Origin: Hormiphora californensis
Taxonomy: Eukaryota; Animalia; Ctenophora
Length of the DNA stretch: 64,000 nt
Direction: 5' to 3'
Assembly (NCBI GenBank): GCA_020137815.1
Contig: CM035359.1
Span: 558,001-622,000 of the forward strand
Numbering within the stretch: position 1 is the stretch's first letter; every line of letters starts with the position of its first letter. Shown here piece by piece: positions 1 through 12,710 of the stretch. The translations under genes and the position numbers were made by a program. The notes beneath the pieces are model-generated. The model did no database searches and was not told the origin of the DNA. It saw nothing but the letters and a program-made list of their open reading frames with translations.

Positions 1-571
1 ACATCGTATCAGCCAAAAATTGCTCTTTGAGTGCAAAATTCATCGGGAAATCCAGTTTTGAAGCTTAGTCATCAATTTTACACCCATCTGGGGCAGGGAA
101 ACACCGCATTATGAATACATAATGCAATAATTCTTCTAATACAAATTATCTAGTTTAATACCTGGATATTAAGTACTGTAACTTCATCGATTTTGTCTTT
201 GAAAGCACGTGAGGGCCGAGAATCCTGGTAAATAGAAGGGTGTTGGAAGTAGTTACAGAAAGATTATATATTTTCTGACAGTGGTTACTAAGCAATGTTT
301 TCAATTCAAATACAACCACTGACAAAGGTTATTAGAAAGTGCGGATTTTTAACTTACATTCATTTTGCAGTTCCATATCCATTTTTCCAGTTAAGGCAGG
401 TTGTATTAAAATATGTACATTGATGCTTAAAATTTAAAGGTTTATTGGATATAGAAGAAAACTTCGGTCAAATGAAAACAACGGACGCATTTAGTTAAAT
501 CAATCAATATTTTAAAACATGAAAAAATAATATACAGAACAAGAGTAAATAATTTAAGTAAAAATTCATGC

Positions 572-3500
572 TTAAAAAATTGTGGGCGCTGTGGGTGGAT
601 TATCAATGAACCACAGCACAAATACAGGTTTAAAAAGATTCACATCTTCCAGAACGAGCTGTTCACAAAACCCGGCCTCATCAGGTTTCACTCGTTTGTA
701 CTTCCCTCAATCAACAACAGCTTAAAAATTAACATGCATTCCTGGCCCATACTTCAAACTGAATTCAGGGTATTCTGAGAAGTAACAACCGTCCCCATAC
801 GCCCTGCCATGGACAATCTTCTTCGCTGGATCCAGATTTTCCCGAATGATATTAGGAATGTTGTTGGGAGCGGTGGCGTGATAAGCGAAAATCTCATACG
901 GTTCATCGCGTTGCTTCCTGTCTGTGCCTGATACATTGCCTCCAGCCTCCTGTTGTGAATAATGCCTACAGTGCTTTATTTCACATGAGTTTCTTTGAGT
1001 GGCAGGTCTCTTGGAGCAATCACCAGTATAGGACGCGATGGCCTTTCCGATTAGTTCTACTTTTGGATCCCTGACATTTCTCAAATCCAAACCAGCTAAA
1101 CGGAATCGTGACTCTCCCTCCTGGAAATCCTCCAGAAGAGCAGTATCCATGTGAGGTGTGGACTTGCGAGGGCTCAAAACCACCTTTACCAGGTACTTGA
1201 TGTGGATTAGAGACCGATCGAAAACTCGATACCGTGCTGGTTCTCCCAATTTTGATGTCAAAATGGAATCCTTTTCGTTGGACTTCATGAAGTTCAGGAC
1301 CTTTCTGGTAGCCCCGTCAGCCCCACCAGGGACGGTTATTTCGCTGGCAGGGATCATGTCTCCGATTAGGAAAGTCACCAATTAACTAAGGTTTGCTCTC
1401 CATCACCTGGGACATCACTGTCAAGAGCGTTCTTGGAGAAATCGATGAAGATACCACTTCCAAAGTCTGCAAGAGGGTTCATCAAGCTAGTCAGATCATC
1501 AAAATCTTGTGGACCAAGAGGAAACTTGAAGGATTTTGAACAACTCCTCTTGCAGGAAACCGTTTGATTTGTTTGCTGCAGCGTCCCAAAACTCCTCCGA
1601 ATTCTTGGGACACTTCACGCTGTAAATCTCCTTGATGGAAGAAACTACAAATTTGCAACCATGATGAAAATATCCATGGACCTTATTCTCCAAATCACGA
1701 CGATACGGATCAGGAACTGGTACAAACGAAACAGGAATTCCCCTCGCTCTCCTGCCTGAATCCTAGCCTTCTCATACTCCCGTTGGGCCACCGCTTTCTG
1801 CTTCTGGACAACCTTCTTGTACTCCAAAATACACAACTCACACTCCTTCAATAAACAAGACTCATAACAAACACCCCTGCAAGGGTGTCCACAGTCAGGG
1901 TCGTTTTGCAGTACACGGGTGAGTACATTTCTCTGGATGAGAGCAGACTCTGCTCTGGGGATGACCGCAGTGTGTGCTCACATACTTCATCTGGAATTTA
2001 CACTCAACTTTCCGAGGTGGTGGTCTCCCACAGATCTTCTTGATAGGTGCAATGTGTCCACAGGATGGAATCTGGAAGGAAACCCGGGCTGTGCATTCAT
2101 TATAATTGTGGGTGTGAGGTTCACCACACAGCCGGGTACAGGGGTGACTATCGGCACACTGGAACCTCTCACTACACACCTTATCACAGATAATGGCATG
2201 CGGTGCCTTCTCCCACAGATAACACATGGCCACCATTTCATGACCACACTTCACGTTAGGTTTCGTTATCTTCTCCTTGCAGTCTAGTGTCTCCTCCTCC
2301 TGATGACAAAGAACTGTGCTGCTGTGGCCGCATGTTACAAAGGTGTGTTTGATCTTAGCCGGACAATAATCGTGGTTGTGACGGGGTGTACAGAGCTTCT
2401 TACACCGATGTTCTTCTATCTCACATTTGTACAGCTCCTTGCAGGGTACCTTACACCAGGTTCCCTCGTTTTTGGAGTAGTATGTGATTCGGGTTTCGTC
2501 AGATGAGTTAGATCTGACCCCCGGACCAGGGAGAACCTCAACTGAATTCTGGGGATGGTGCGAACAGCAGATAGGGAACTTTTCGTTGATCAGATTTTCT
2601 GCTGCCAACTTGGTGATGACAGGAACCCAGGTGGAATTGTTGTTGAAACAGTGAGCATTTCCGACAAAGTACAGACCTCGCTTAGCTCGGGACTGGGCGA
2701 CACACCTCCTCTCCATTTCTTTCATGAATCCAATGTTGTTGTCCGGGTTTGACCGAGTGAGAGAGATGATGATATAGTTGTTTTCGTCCCCCTGATACTC
2801 ATCAATAGATCGAATTTGAACTGTGGGAGTGTCAGGCTCTGTGGGATACTCTCCCTTGAACGTCGCCCTGACGATTTGAACCTGTCCCAGGTACCCGCAG
2901 ATGATCGTGATCTCCTCAGGAGGAATTCCACTGCTAATCAGGTAGAGAGCCAGAGACACCACCATCCCTGCTTCACTCTCGTTCCTTACAGTCCTCTCTC
3001 TTACCTCTGGGTAGGTGTGAGTCCACCAGAATACATGATTTAGCTACACAAGGGAGGGCAGGATTTAGAGTCTCCAGATCAGGGAAATCTTTGTAGTCAG
3101 GGTAAATGTCGAGAAGGAGTTTAGAGAATTCAGGTCTCATTCGACCCTGTCGTTGGAGGGTTTTGAAGGGGAATTTGAGCAGGATGAGGCGCTCCATCAT
3201 GGAGATGTGAAGGTTGTAGTCTCGTTTCAGGTTATAGTTGTCTAACTGAAGGCCTGAGCTGCTGGTGATCTCCAATCATTATCAGTCTTTCCACACTTTT
3301 TGTCAAAATTCCAACCAAACAGGGCTCCATAATCTCAGCACACTCTTCAATGATAACAATTTTAGGGTTCAGCTTCTGCAGAAGACCAAGCTGGATTGAA
3401 GCTCCAACGATTGTAGCGCCGACAATTCTCTGTTGCCGGAGGAGTCTCAACTTATTTTCATTGTCCACATTGAGTTTCTCCGTTTGTCGAATGTTGAACG

Positions 3501-6500
3501 TCTCCAAGATTCTCTTCATCTGCTCGACAACGTCCTCAACCCCAGTCACTAAGAGCAGGTGAAAATGTAGGAGTACCGGTTAACTTCTGCCATGTTGTAC
3601 AAATTAGAAACCTTCAACAGCGACCTCTTGAGAGGACAACTCCTGGTAAAATCAGCAGCTGTAAACTCGAAACTGCTTCGAAGTAGTTTTCTGTTTCGCC
3701 AGGTTTGTCAGATGTTCTGTCATGTTCTTCCTGGCGGCCTGAAACATTCCCTCTTCATCAAACACTGATGTACGCTGCATCAACTGTTCACTGATGTAAT
3801 CATCGTCCACTTCATCAACCTTGTCCATCTCCTGGTCCATGTAGGGGTTAGAACTTGATGCTGCTTGTTTGGAATCCTCCACATCCTGCTCAACATCTTC
3901 TGGAGTTAGGAACCCAGAACCCTGGTCAATCAGCCCAACAAGCTCCTTTAGTCGCTCCTTGTTAGGCAGCCATTTGTTGAATTTGTGGATGAACTCTGCC
4001 GCAAGCATGTCTTGCTTATCATCACTAGCCGGTTTGAAAACGTCATCCGAAAAAGATGCCAGTCGTGTGGTGAACTCTTCTAGAAACTCTGGTTTTTTGG
4101 CCCACTCTCGATAACACCTGATTCGGTCAGAGTTCTTAGCAAAGGCAGTTTCGACAAAGGTTTTCAGTTGGTTGGAAGTGATCCGCTTACAGAAGGTAAC
4201 GACATTGAAAACACTTCTCTCAGAAAACTCGCTCAACAATTCCTTGAACTCTTTAAACAGAATCTCCACTTCTTTAATCAGATAATGAATGGGCTTCCGT
4301 TTGAAATCTGCCTCCTTCAACTTTGTCCTCATGATACATTCCGCTAACTCTGGTTCCTTCGACTGTCCTCCCATACGCACCATGTACTCCTTCGGGCAGA
4401 ACTTGAGGCAATGCTTTAGAAACTCGTCCAGTGCATGGTTTTTGTAGGTTACAACAAAGATTGGAGGTTCCCGAAGGACGGTGTTCTTGGGTTGGCGATC
4501 TGGGACGACACCCTCGTTGTTGCAGTTGAGGAGGAAGAACAACTCGGCCAACTTGGCTCCAACAAAGGTCTTTCCAGTTCCTGGTGGACCCTGAATGATG
4601 GCCAGAGGGGTCACCAGGGCATGGTCAAAAGCGGCTCTCTGGGACTCTTCTAAGTCTTCGTACCCGATTCGGTCTAAAATTTCCTCAGGAACGTCAACTT
4701 CAAACTCTGTCTCGTCTTTTCCGAAGACAATCTCATCACACAAATTAAAAGTGTCCAGTGTGGATGATCTCAGACTTTCTAAAAGATGTCTGAACGAAAT
4801 GAAGTAAGTTGGACTCTCAGCCATCACGATTCGTCCTGAGTTTGTCATTAGACTCAGTGCGGAGTCGACTATATCCTGATCACTAGAGAACGACACTAAC
4901 TCCACCCCAATAACCGGCCCTTTCTGGAGTTTCTCCCAATCTCTATCTACCACAGTAAACCATATCGCATCACTAAAGTCGCCAGTAGCAGAGGCACAAA
5001 GCAGATTTCCGAACATCAGTTTCCTAGATTTGTTCCAGTCGTTGACAGGCTGATCAGGTCTAAAACTCAGGTAGAACGTCAACCTACTGTGATCATTCAG
5101 ACACTCCACAAAGGTGACATTGTAATAGACGCTCATGTCTCTGGGGTCGAGGTGCCGTGAGGTGTCAAGAGAGTTACAATTCAAATCCAAAGTGAGGTCA
5201 TTAATACCCTTCTGGATGCTGGAAAAGCACTCGACACGGAGGAGCCGATAGTTAATGTTGAGATACTGATCCACACTGTCGTATGGCTTTCCAAGGACAA
5301 TTGATTTGAGGTAGGGGACTTTCTCCAGAGGGCACCCGAACATCTCTTGGATGCAAGGAATAGGGGTCAGCTCCTGCCACTTTTCCAAATCCACAAACCC
5401 TGCTATCTTTATTATCATCCGATGTAGAAACTCTGACTCAACTGTTGAGTTGTTTTTGACGATATCTCCCAGGGATTTGAGACAATCTTTGATCTTGGAT
5501 TTGTCACAATCAATCATCGCCTCGATCTGCCAAATACTGGCCCTATTCCGGTCTCTCAGGTCCTCTATCTCTCCGACAAGGTTCATTTTCAATAGCAAGT
5601 TCACAATTTTCAGCTTCTGAGTCCTGTGGGCAGACATGAAATTTGAGATTCTCATAAGAAAGGCATACAATAACCGAGAGTATGTATCTTTCTGTTTCTG
5701 CTTCTCGGGAACAGTTTTAGCCTCAAGAAGATAGTCCCACAAGGCGTTACATGTCATGATAGCATTCATAGTTTCAGAACGGGTCCCCTTATCTATTGCA
5801 TTCTCAGCAACGAATTCGAAGTAGACTGAGAGTTGCTGGAGAGACCGCTTGGCGAGGTACATGTCTACTTTACTTTTGAAAGCTTTTGGAGCCATCCTAC
5901 CATCAGCACTGGACTCCTTCTTACTCGGTTTTGAAAACAACTGAAACTTCATTCTGTCATCTTTGAGTACTGGAAGGAGGTATTTTCTTCCATCCAACGA
6001 TTCCTCCAAAATAAGAACATCCTTGTTGGTGTATACGTTGTAATCGATGGGAGTGAGAGGTTTAGAATATGTTCCATTGTTCATCATAACTCCGTAGACC
6101 CAATTACTGTCGTCAGGTGGAGGCCGGACCTTGCTTCCACTCGTAACGGCCTGAAACACTTGGGAATATCAACTGAACATGTGATTAGAATTAAAATTAT
6201 GTAAGTTATGTAAGAAACAGGGATGGTACCCGTAAATCTTGATCTTGCTACCAGTTACTGGTGGGGGTGAGGTGGGACAACTTACAATGTTCTGAAGTTG
6301 TTGTGGAGTCAGGGCACCATCGAGATCCAGGTCAGGATCGTATCCATCCCAGTCATCAATAATCTCCTCTGTCACAACCACTTCAACATTTTCCTCTCGT
6401 TGCTTCTCTAGTTCCGTAACTTCTTTACGAGCTTCTTTGTACCGAGTCTTGTAGTCGTCAACTTTTAGCGACATGCGCCTCAACTGGGGAGAAAATAGAT

Positions 6501-6824
6501 AAAGGGAAATTTTGGATTGGAGCTGATTATTACTCGAGATACAATAATATTCTAAAGGAGTATAAAACAAGGTCGTTTGGGAAAACAATGAAATCTAAAA
6601 GTGGTGCATACCTTGATTTCCAGTTCCTTGACTCGGTCGACACCATTCCGGACCAAAGAGTACTCCACAGTTTCCCTCGATTTGGAGGACCGAGATGGCC
6701 GTTCGTCCTGTATACTATCATCTTCAGAGTCTGTAATACATTTTAGTAGTTATTTTGAAGGTCATTCTTTAATTTGATAGAATCCAACTTCCAAGTGCAT
6801 CAATTACGTACCATCCCAGGACAT
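572..6824 (-). CDS. ZNFX1: ZNFX1-like SF1 (UPF1-like) RNA helicase with NF-X1-type zinc fingers fused to a C-terminal pseudo-ART plus ART (PARP-like) domain; 4 exons; last exon frameshifted in this sequence
   Basis: Exons: 6812-6824 (MSWD), 6612-6730, ~6259-6483 (coiled-coil-like) and a giant exon 572-6150, with GT-AG junctions. ZNFX1-like motifs: YLNINYRLLRVE, KLMFGNLLC, MAESPTYF, IQGPPGTGKT, TYKNHALDEFL, IIEECAE, IGDHQQLRP, SMMERL, QGRMRP, IDEYQGDEN, SLTRSN, CVAQSRAK. Cys/His repeats (CGH..C) at ~1830-2450. PARP-like motifs YHAT and YGDGCYFS; the reconstructed end reads EQLVLEDVNLFKPVFVL. The ORFs 3652-6159, 3232-3549, 2973-3275, 1895-2965, 1645-1851, 1499-1693 and 722-1381 join by +/-1 shifts. 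Confidence 0.88.
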
Positions 6825-7009
6825 CGAGCGCTGTTTTCCAGTTTTGTCGTTTTTGAAAAATTTTGCGAGCCGAAAAAAACTTGAAATTTTTTTCAGCTCC
6901 ATTTTAAAAATGTTAATGCGCGGCGTTCAATCGAATGAGCGCGGCGTGTAATTTGCGCGTCACTTTTTACGCGCGCGTTTAATCTCGTATCACATGTCAT
7001 TCTATTATC

Positions 7010-7720
7010 ATGTCATTGTATCACATGTCTTGGTCTCACGTTTTTTCGTCTCACACTTCTTTGTTTCACGCTTCTTTGTCTCACGTTTCTTTGTCTCACG
7101 TTTCTTTGTCTCACGTTTCTTTGTCTCACATTTTTTTGTCTCATATTTATTTCTCTCATGTTTCTTCGTCTCACGTTTCTTCGTCTCAAATGTCTTTGTC
7201 TCACGCTTCTTTGTCTCACATTTCTTTGTCTCACGTTTTTTTGTCTCACGTTTCTTGATCTCACATTTCTTTGTTTCAAATGTCTTTGTCTCACGTTTCT
7301 TTGTCTGACATTTCTTTTTCTCAAGTTTTTTGTCTCAAATGTCTTTGTCTCACGTTTCTTTGTCTTACGTTTCTTTGTCTCACGTTTCTTTGTCTCACAT
7401 TTCTTTGTCTCACATTTCTTTTTCTCTAGTTTTTTGTCTCAAATGTCTTCGTCCCAAATGTCTTTGTCTCACGCTTCTTTGTCTCACGTTTCTTTGTCTC
7501 ACGTTTCTTTGTCGCACGCTTCTTTGTCTCACGTTTCTTTGTCTCACGTTTCTTTGTCTCACATTTCTTTGTCTCACATTTCTTTTTCTCACGTCTTTGT
7601 CTCACGTTTCTTTGTCTCACGTTTCTTTGTCTCACATTTCTTTTTCTCACGTTTTTTGTCTAAAATGTCTTTGTCTCATATGTCTTTTTCTCACGTTTTT
7701 TGTCTCACATGTCTTTCTCT
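7010..7720. repeat. 15-bp tandem minisatellite (TCACGTTTCTTTGTC)n
   Basis: Directly visible tandem array; produces spurious SRFFV/RNVRQ ORFs. Confidence 0.95.
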
Positions 7721-7751
7721 CACATACCATTCCTCTCTACCCATCACTTAA

Positions 7752-9052
7752 GGGTACACCTGGCGTTTTTCATCATCGAGTGCCCAACCAAATGACTTCA
7801 CCAGGGTTTAGGCCATACAAAATGGACCTCAAATATGCAATTTTAGCCCTAAATTCGAATTCATATTTTTGCTACAGCCTATTTTCAAAGTGGCGTTTTT
7901 TCAATTTTTGTTGGAATTTTTAACCTCAGGACCACTTTTTTTGAGATAGAAACATTAAATTCTTGGAATTTGAAGAGAATATAAAGGTGAATAAGCCCAA
8001 AGAAGGATTTTTGAAATGGAGCTTATTTCTGGCCATGAGAACGGTTTACTTTTTTGCTTCTTTGACACGCTGGCTGAGAATGTTCCCATGCTTCATTAGA
8101 GATGAAAATCTGGAAATAGTTGCTCAAAACGATCATCTATGTGGCCCAAAAATTTTGGAACTTTCCCGCCAAAGATGTGGTGTACAGAGCTTATTTTGTG
8201 AAACCCGTCTTTTTGAAAAAGAGGGAAATTCCCTGTATCTCAAAAACGGATGATCGTAGAGACCTGTGACCAAGCTTAATCGATTCAGAAGGTCCGATTT
8301 TGGGGGGGTCTTCTGAGAGACATTTTGCTCCTACTCCAACCGTTTTTGCTGCAATTGCGAAAAAGGTATCAGCAAGTAAGGGGAAATCAGCCCGAAGCAG
8401 GCTACTGGAATAGGGTTGTTCCCCCTTTTCATAGAATTGGTTTTTTGCAATAACAGCAAAAACGGTTGGAGTAGGAGCAAAATGTCTCTCAGAAGACCCC
8501 CCAAAATCGGACCTTCTGAATCGATTAAGCTTGGTCGCAGGTCTCTACGATCATCCGTTTTTGAGATACAGGGAATTTCCCTCTTTTTCAAAAAGACGGG
8601 TTTCACAAAACAAGCTCTGTACACCACATCTTTGGCGGGAAAGTTCCAAAATTTTTGGGCCACATAGATGATCGTTTTGAGCAACTATTTCCAGATTTTC
8701 ATCTCTAATGAAGCATGGGAACATTCTCAGCCAGCGTGTCAAAGAAGCAAAAAAGTAAACCGTTCTCATGGCCAGAAATAAGCTCCATTTCAAAAATCCT
8801 TCTTTGGGCTTATTCACCTTTATATTCTCTTCAAATTCCAAGAATTTAATGTTTCTATCTCAAAAAAAGTGGTCCTGAGGTTAAAAATTCCAACAAAAAT
8901 TGAAAAAACGCCACTTTGAAAATAGGCTGTAGCAAAAATATGAATTCGACTTTAGGGCTAAAATTGCATATTTGAGGTCCATTTTGTATGACCTAAACCC
9001 TGGTGAAGTCATTTGGTTGGGCACTCGATGATGAAAAACGCCAGGTGTACCC
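7752..9052. mobile_element. Foldback/MITE with ~600-bp inverted arms and TTAA TSD (Kolobok-like GG..CC termini), copy 1
   Basis: TTAA|GGGTACACCTGGCG ... CGCCAGGTGTACCC|TTAA. The arms give identical ORFs on both strands (7963-8253 +, 8551-8841 -). A second copy lies at 32208-33511. Confidence 0.9.
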
Positions 9053-9478
9053 TTAACCCTCGACTCTGAACCCTCTCTCTACCCTCCTACTCCCACCTTT
9101 TTATATAGTTATATGACGATAATGTTATTGTTAAATACTTTTTAATTTGAATCTTGAATCTTGAATCTATCTGTTTCTCTCTTCATCCCATCTTGAGAGG
9201 AGAGCTATGACCAGCTATGTCCAGTCCCTCTGTACTGTTCATCTCCCTCAATCCCCTCATATCAGTGGAGAGATCAGTGGAGAGATCACTGCACTTCATA
9301 ATTTTTCTTTCTCTGTGATCCCTCTCCATTTGTCATGAAGAAGAGAAGAAGACCACTTGTTCTTGATTAATTACGGCAGGCCCTACAAGATCTGGAAAAG
9401 GACCTAAAATTATATCACGCACTGTAGTGAAAGATAGAGGCGACCTCGTACCTGTTGACATGCGTTGTTACTCAACAA

Positions 9479-9556
9479 CTGTCAGGCCAATGCTCTCGCC
9501 ACAGTTCTCGCGCGCTCCGAGAGAAACGAGAATGGGTCAGGCCAATGCTCTGACAG
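9479..9556 (+). mobile_element. 78-bp micro-element CTGTCAG...CTGACAG with 8-bp TSD
   Basis: Flanked by CTCAACAA (9471-9478 and 9557-9564). Both ends carry the direct repeat TCAGGCCAATGCTC. Confidence 0.85.
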
Positions 9557-10617
9557 CTCAACAAGGCATGCACTAAGTCCTAAGATACTCGCTGTATTTC
9601 GTTCTCTCGAAATACTCATGCACTCATTATATTTAGAGATCTAGAACTACTCACAAAGGGGCTTCTATTAGCGATCCGTATTAATGGCTGTTGGGAGACT
9701 CATTCCTGAGTGGGTTATTTTCACCATGAAGCAGTCTATTAATATACCAGTCTACGTTATTATTAGGATATCACCACTCCTTTTGAAAGGTGATGTGATC
9801 ATGAATCAGATAGAGACAGAGATAGATATGACGAGAGAGAAGGGCAGGGACAGAGAGAGGGGAGAAAGATAGAGAGCGTGCAGAGTTTGTTATTTGATTG
9901 GGGGTTAAGTACTCCCCCACCTCACTCATGAGATATCCTCCTCTCTATCTCTCTCCCTATCTCTCTTTCTCTCCCCATCTCTCTCTCTCTCCATATCTCC
10001 CTATCTCTCTCTCTCTCTCTCGTAGAACTCTTCTCTGCTCATGGGTCCTGCAACACACGTATCTTATACTGGTTCCAGTCGTGGAACTCATCTTGATCCG
10101 CTTCTTCTTCTCCATGATCAGTAACAGTAAAATCAGCTTGTATTACCTTTTTTAACCCAAATAACAGGATCCTGCAGGATATGTAAATTTAGTCCACTCT
10201 ATAGTCCACTGTCATAATAGCACAAAAGGCACAATTGTTGGCTAATGGTTGAAATGGAACTGAACTTGATGCAAGTTCTACCCTGAAATATTTGTAAGAG
10301 TGGTGCTCCGTCATATTGGCCTCCCGCATATAACGCCCCCACAACGTCCAAAACACTTAAAGAGCATCCAATGTCAACGTATGCAGGACCGTGTATGGTG
10401 GCGCTGACCCAATCTGAACTGTCGTTAAGTCGTTTTGAGAAGGGCGCAACCAGCCAGGCAGTATGTACGCCATTTCCTAGATCCCAACTTTGTCTCACTG
10501 AGACTCTCGGTAGCAATCATCCCTCTCCAGCAGCAGCTGCTGCTCTGTAGAGTCTACAGTGTAGTCGAGATGATTGGAGATAAGCTGGTTATAAAATGGA
10601 CAGCTTGCACGCTTCAT

Positions 10618-10651
<34 letters not shown>

Positions 10652-11477
10652 CTCTCTCTCCGTCCTCTAAAAAAAAAATTTTACTATTTACAATTCTTAT
10701 TCTCTTTTTTTACGTTTTAAATTTGTAAGACCAGGGGCCAGGGTGGGCATTTCAAAGCCCCAAATAAGACCTTCCCGTCTTCGTGCTAACGACCCTGTTA
10801 CGCCACCCTGAATCCTCACTCAGTTTGGTCCGTGTGGCTGGTTTGCTTAATATTATATGTTTATTTCGGCACAATGCCACTGCCAGCGGCAGTTTGAATT
10901 TGAAGCTCATCTGGAACATCCGAACTTCTGTGCAACTGTATGCGAGTTCCGGAGAAGTACTAGCAATATTTGAATAGCTTTCTTTCAATTATCTACCTCG
11001 GAATTGTATGATTTGCTGAAACTAAAGACACATCATTGCAACTTTAAATTTGTCCAATCATCTCCAAATCAATATTCCTGGAAAATGAAAGTTAAATCGA
11101 TTACCCCAGCACTTCAGTTTAATTGTCAGCGTGATTGTATTATACGACCCTACTAATTTTGGTGATGCTTTTATATTGACCTGTCACCTTCCTGGGAACT
11201 ATATTTCAATAAAAAGGGGACCTGTCGAGCAATATATTGTGCGCTGGAACAGTTTAAACATCAACCTCGAGATGTCAGGTTGTATATGACATCCCAATCA
11301 GCACTATTTAACTTTATATGGGGTTGTTTAGAATTAAACTGTTGGTGCCCCCCTTCTTCTTCCCTCTCTTCCTCCCTCTCTTTCTCTGTCAGCTTCAGCT
11401 CCCGTTTAGTCTCGAATCATTATATAACCACCATTTTCAACACACCACTGCATATAATATTGTTGTGCGAGTCAACG

Positions 11478-11500
11478 CTGTCAGGCCAATGCTCTGACAG
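11478..11500 (+). mobile_element. 23-bp solo micro-element CTGTCAGGCCAATGCTCTGACAG with 8-bp TSD
   Basis: Flanked by AGTCAACG on both sides (11470-11477 and 11501-11508). Confidence 0.85.
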
Positions 11501-11564
11501 AGTCAACGAGTATACAACTTGCTTTATAGCTAATAAACCACAAGAATTTGTATCTAATTGTGGT

Positions 11565-11626
11565 ATGTCAGAGCATTGGCCTAACCCATTCTCGCGAGAA
11601 CTGTGGTCAGAGCATTGGCCTGACAG
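11565..11626 (-). mobile_element. 62-bp reverse-orientation member of the same micro-element family
   Basis: Reverse complement of the 9479-9556 element with a shorter interior; flanked by AATTGTGG(T) duplication. Confidence 0.75.
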
Positions 11627-12444
11627 AATTGTGGTGTGTCAAGTTGATTGAAATGTTTCATAACCAACACATATTGCTGGTTATAATACTTCACTAATCT
11701 CTGAATATTTCACTACACATGAGCTGTAATTAATTTGAGTTTCGTGAGATTGTGTTTTGCTGTAAGATCTCTCCTCAATTGTGGGGTATCAATCTCACCC
11801 CGTGATTACATGCTGTACAGCTCAGGTTGAGTCGCTTGACACAATTCAATGCTCAGGTTCATGACTGGTTGAAATTAATATTGTGGTGAAAGAATTTGTG
11901 CAGTGTTATAGTGAAGGCCAGGAGTCATTGCTAGTACCATTGCCACGTCCTATTCTCACTTCGATCTCTCACATGTGCCCGTGAGCATGGGGTCATTGCT
12001 GTTAGGAGGTCAGAGCTGCCAGGTTGAGCAACTTGAATGGTGTGTATGACTAATGACTATGATGATGATGATACTGAGAATAATCTGGATTATATGTCTT
12101 ACTCAGCCCTCTCTTATCACTGAGAGACTGTTTTGCCCACCATCTCTCATGTCACCAATAATGAAAGATGTGCGGGTTCTCAAAATGGTCTAGTCCTGTA
12201 GTTTAAGAGAGTTCTCTGTTGCTCTCTTGATGGGGGGGGGGGGGTGAACACGGAACACGTTGCGGTCTATCAAAACTGATTGATATGACTATGAGTTGAG
12301 TTTGTCAGACTAGACGGTGAGAGAGAGAGAGAGAAAACGATCTATATTCTGTCGGAGCTCAGCTGTTGTTGAGTGTTGCTCATTGCATTCAGGTGGGTGA
12401 TGTGTGCCGCTTAACCAGAAACACCTTGCCGTCAATTAGAAATA

Positions 12445-12449
12445 GAGAG

Positions 12450-12529
<80 letters not shown>

Positions 12530-12559
12530 GAGAGAGAGAGAGAGAGAGGGAGAGAGGAG

Positions 12560-12590
<31 letters not shown>

Positions 12591-12663
12591 AGAGGGAGAA
12601 GTGAGAGATGAGAGAGAGAGAGAGAGAGAGGATAAAGGGAGAGATGAGCAGAGAAAGAGAGAG

Positions 12664-12710
<47 letters not shown>

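Noticed and set aside
572-3700. Programmed ribosomal frameshifting or tiny introns in the ZNFX1-like exon
   Set aside because: The shifts are mixed +1 and -1, share no slippery or stop motif, and have no removable GT-AG segments.
6150-6260. Apparent extra frameshift at ZNFX1 intron 3 (donor GG|GTACC is out of phase)
   Set aside because: An upstream phase-0 donor (CCA|GTAACT at 6259/6258) restores the frame, so it was not counted.
6994-7923. ORFs with SRFFV/RNVRQ/CLTFL periodicity
   Set aside because: Translations of a 15-bp minisatellite that is open in many frames.
7963-8841. Identical 96-aa ORFs on opposite strands
   Set aside because: A consequence of the foldback arms; no transposase motifs.
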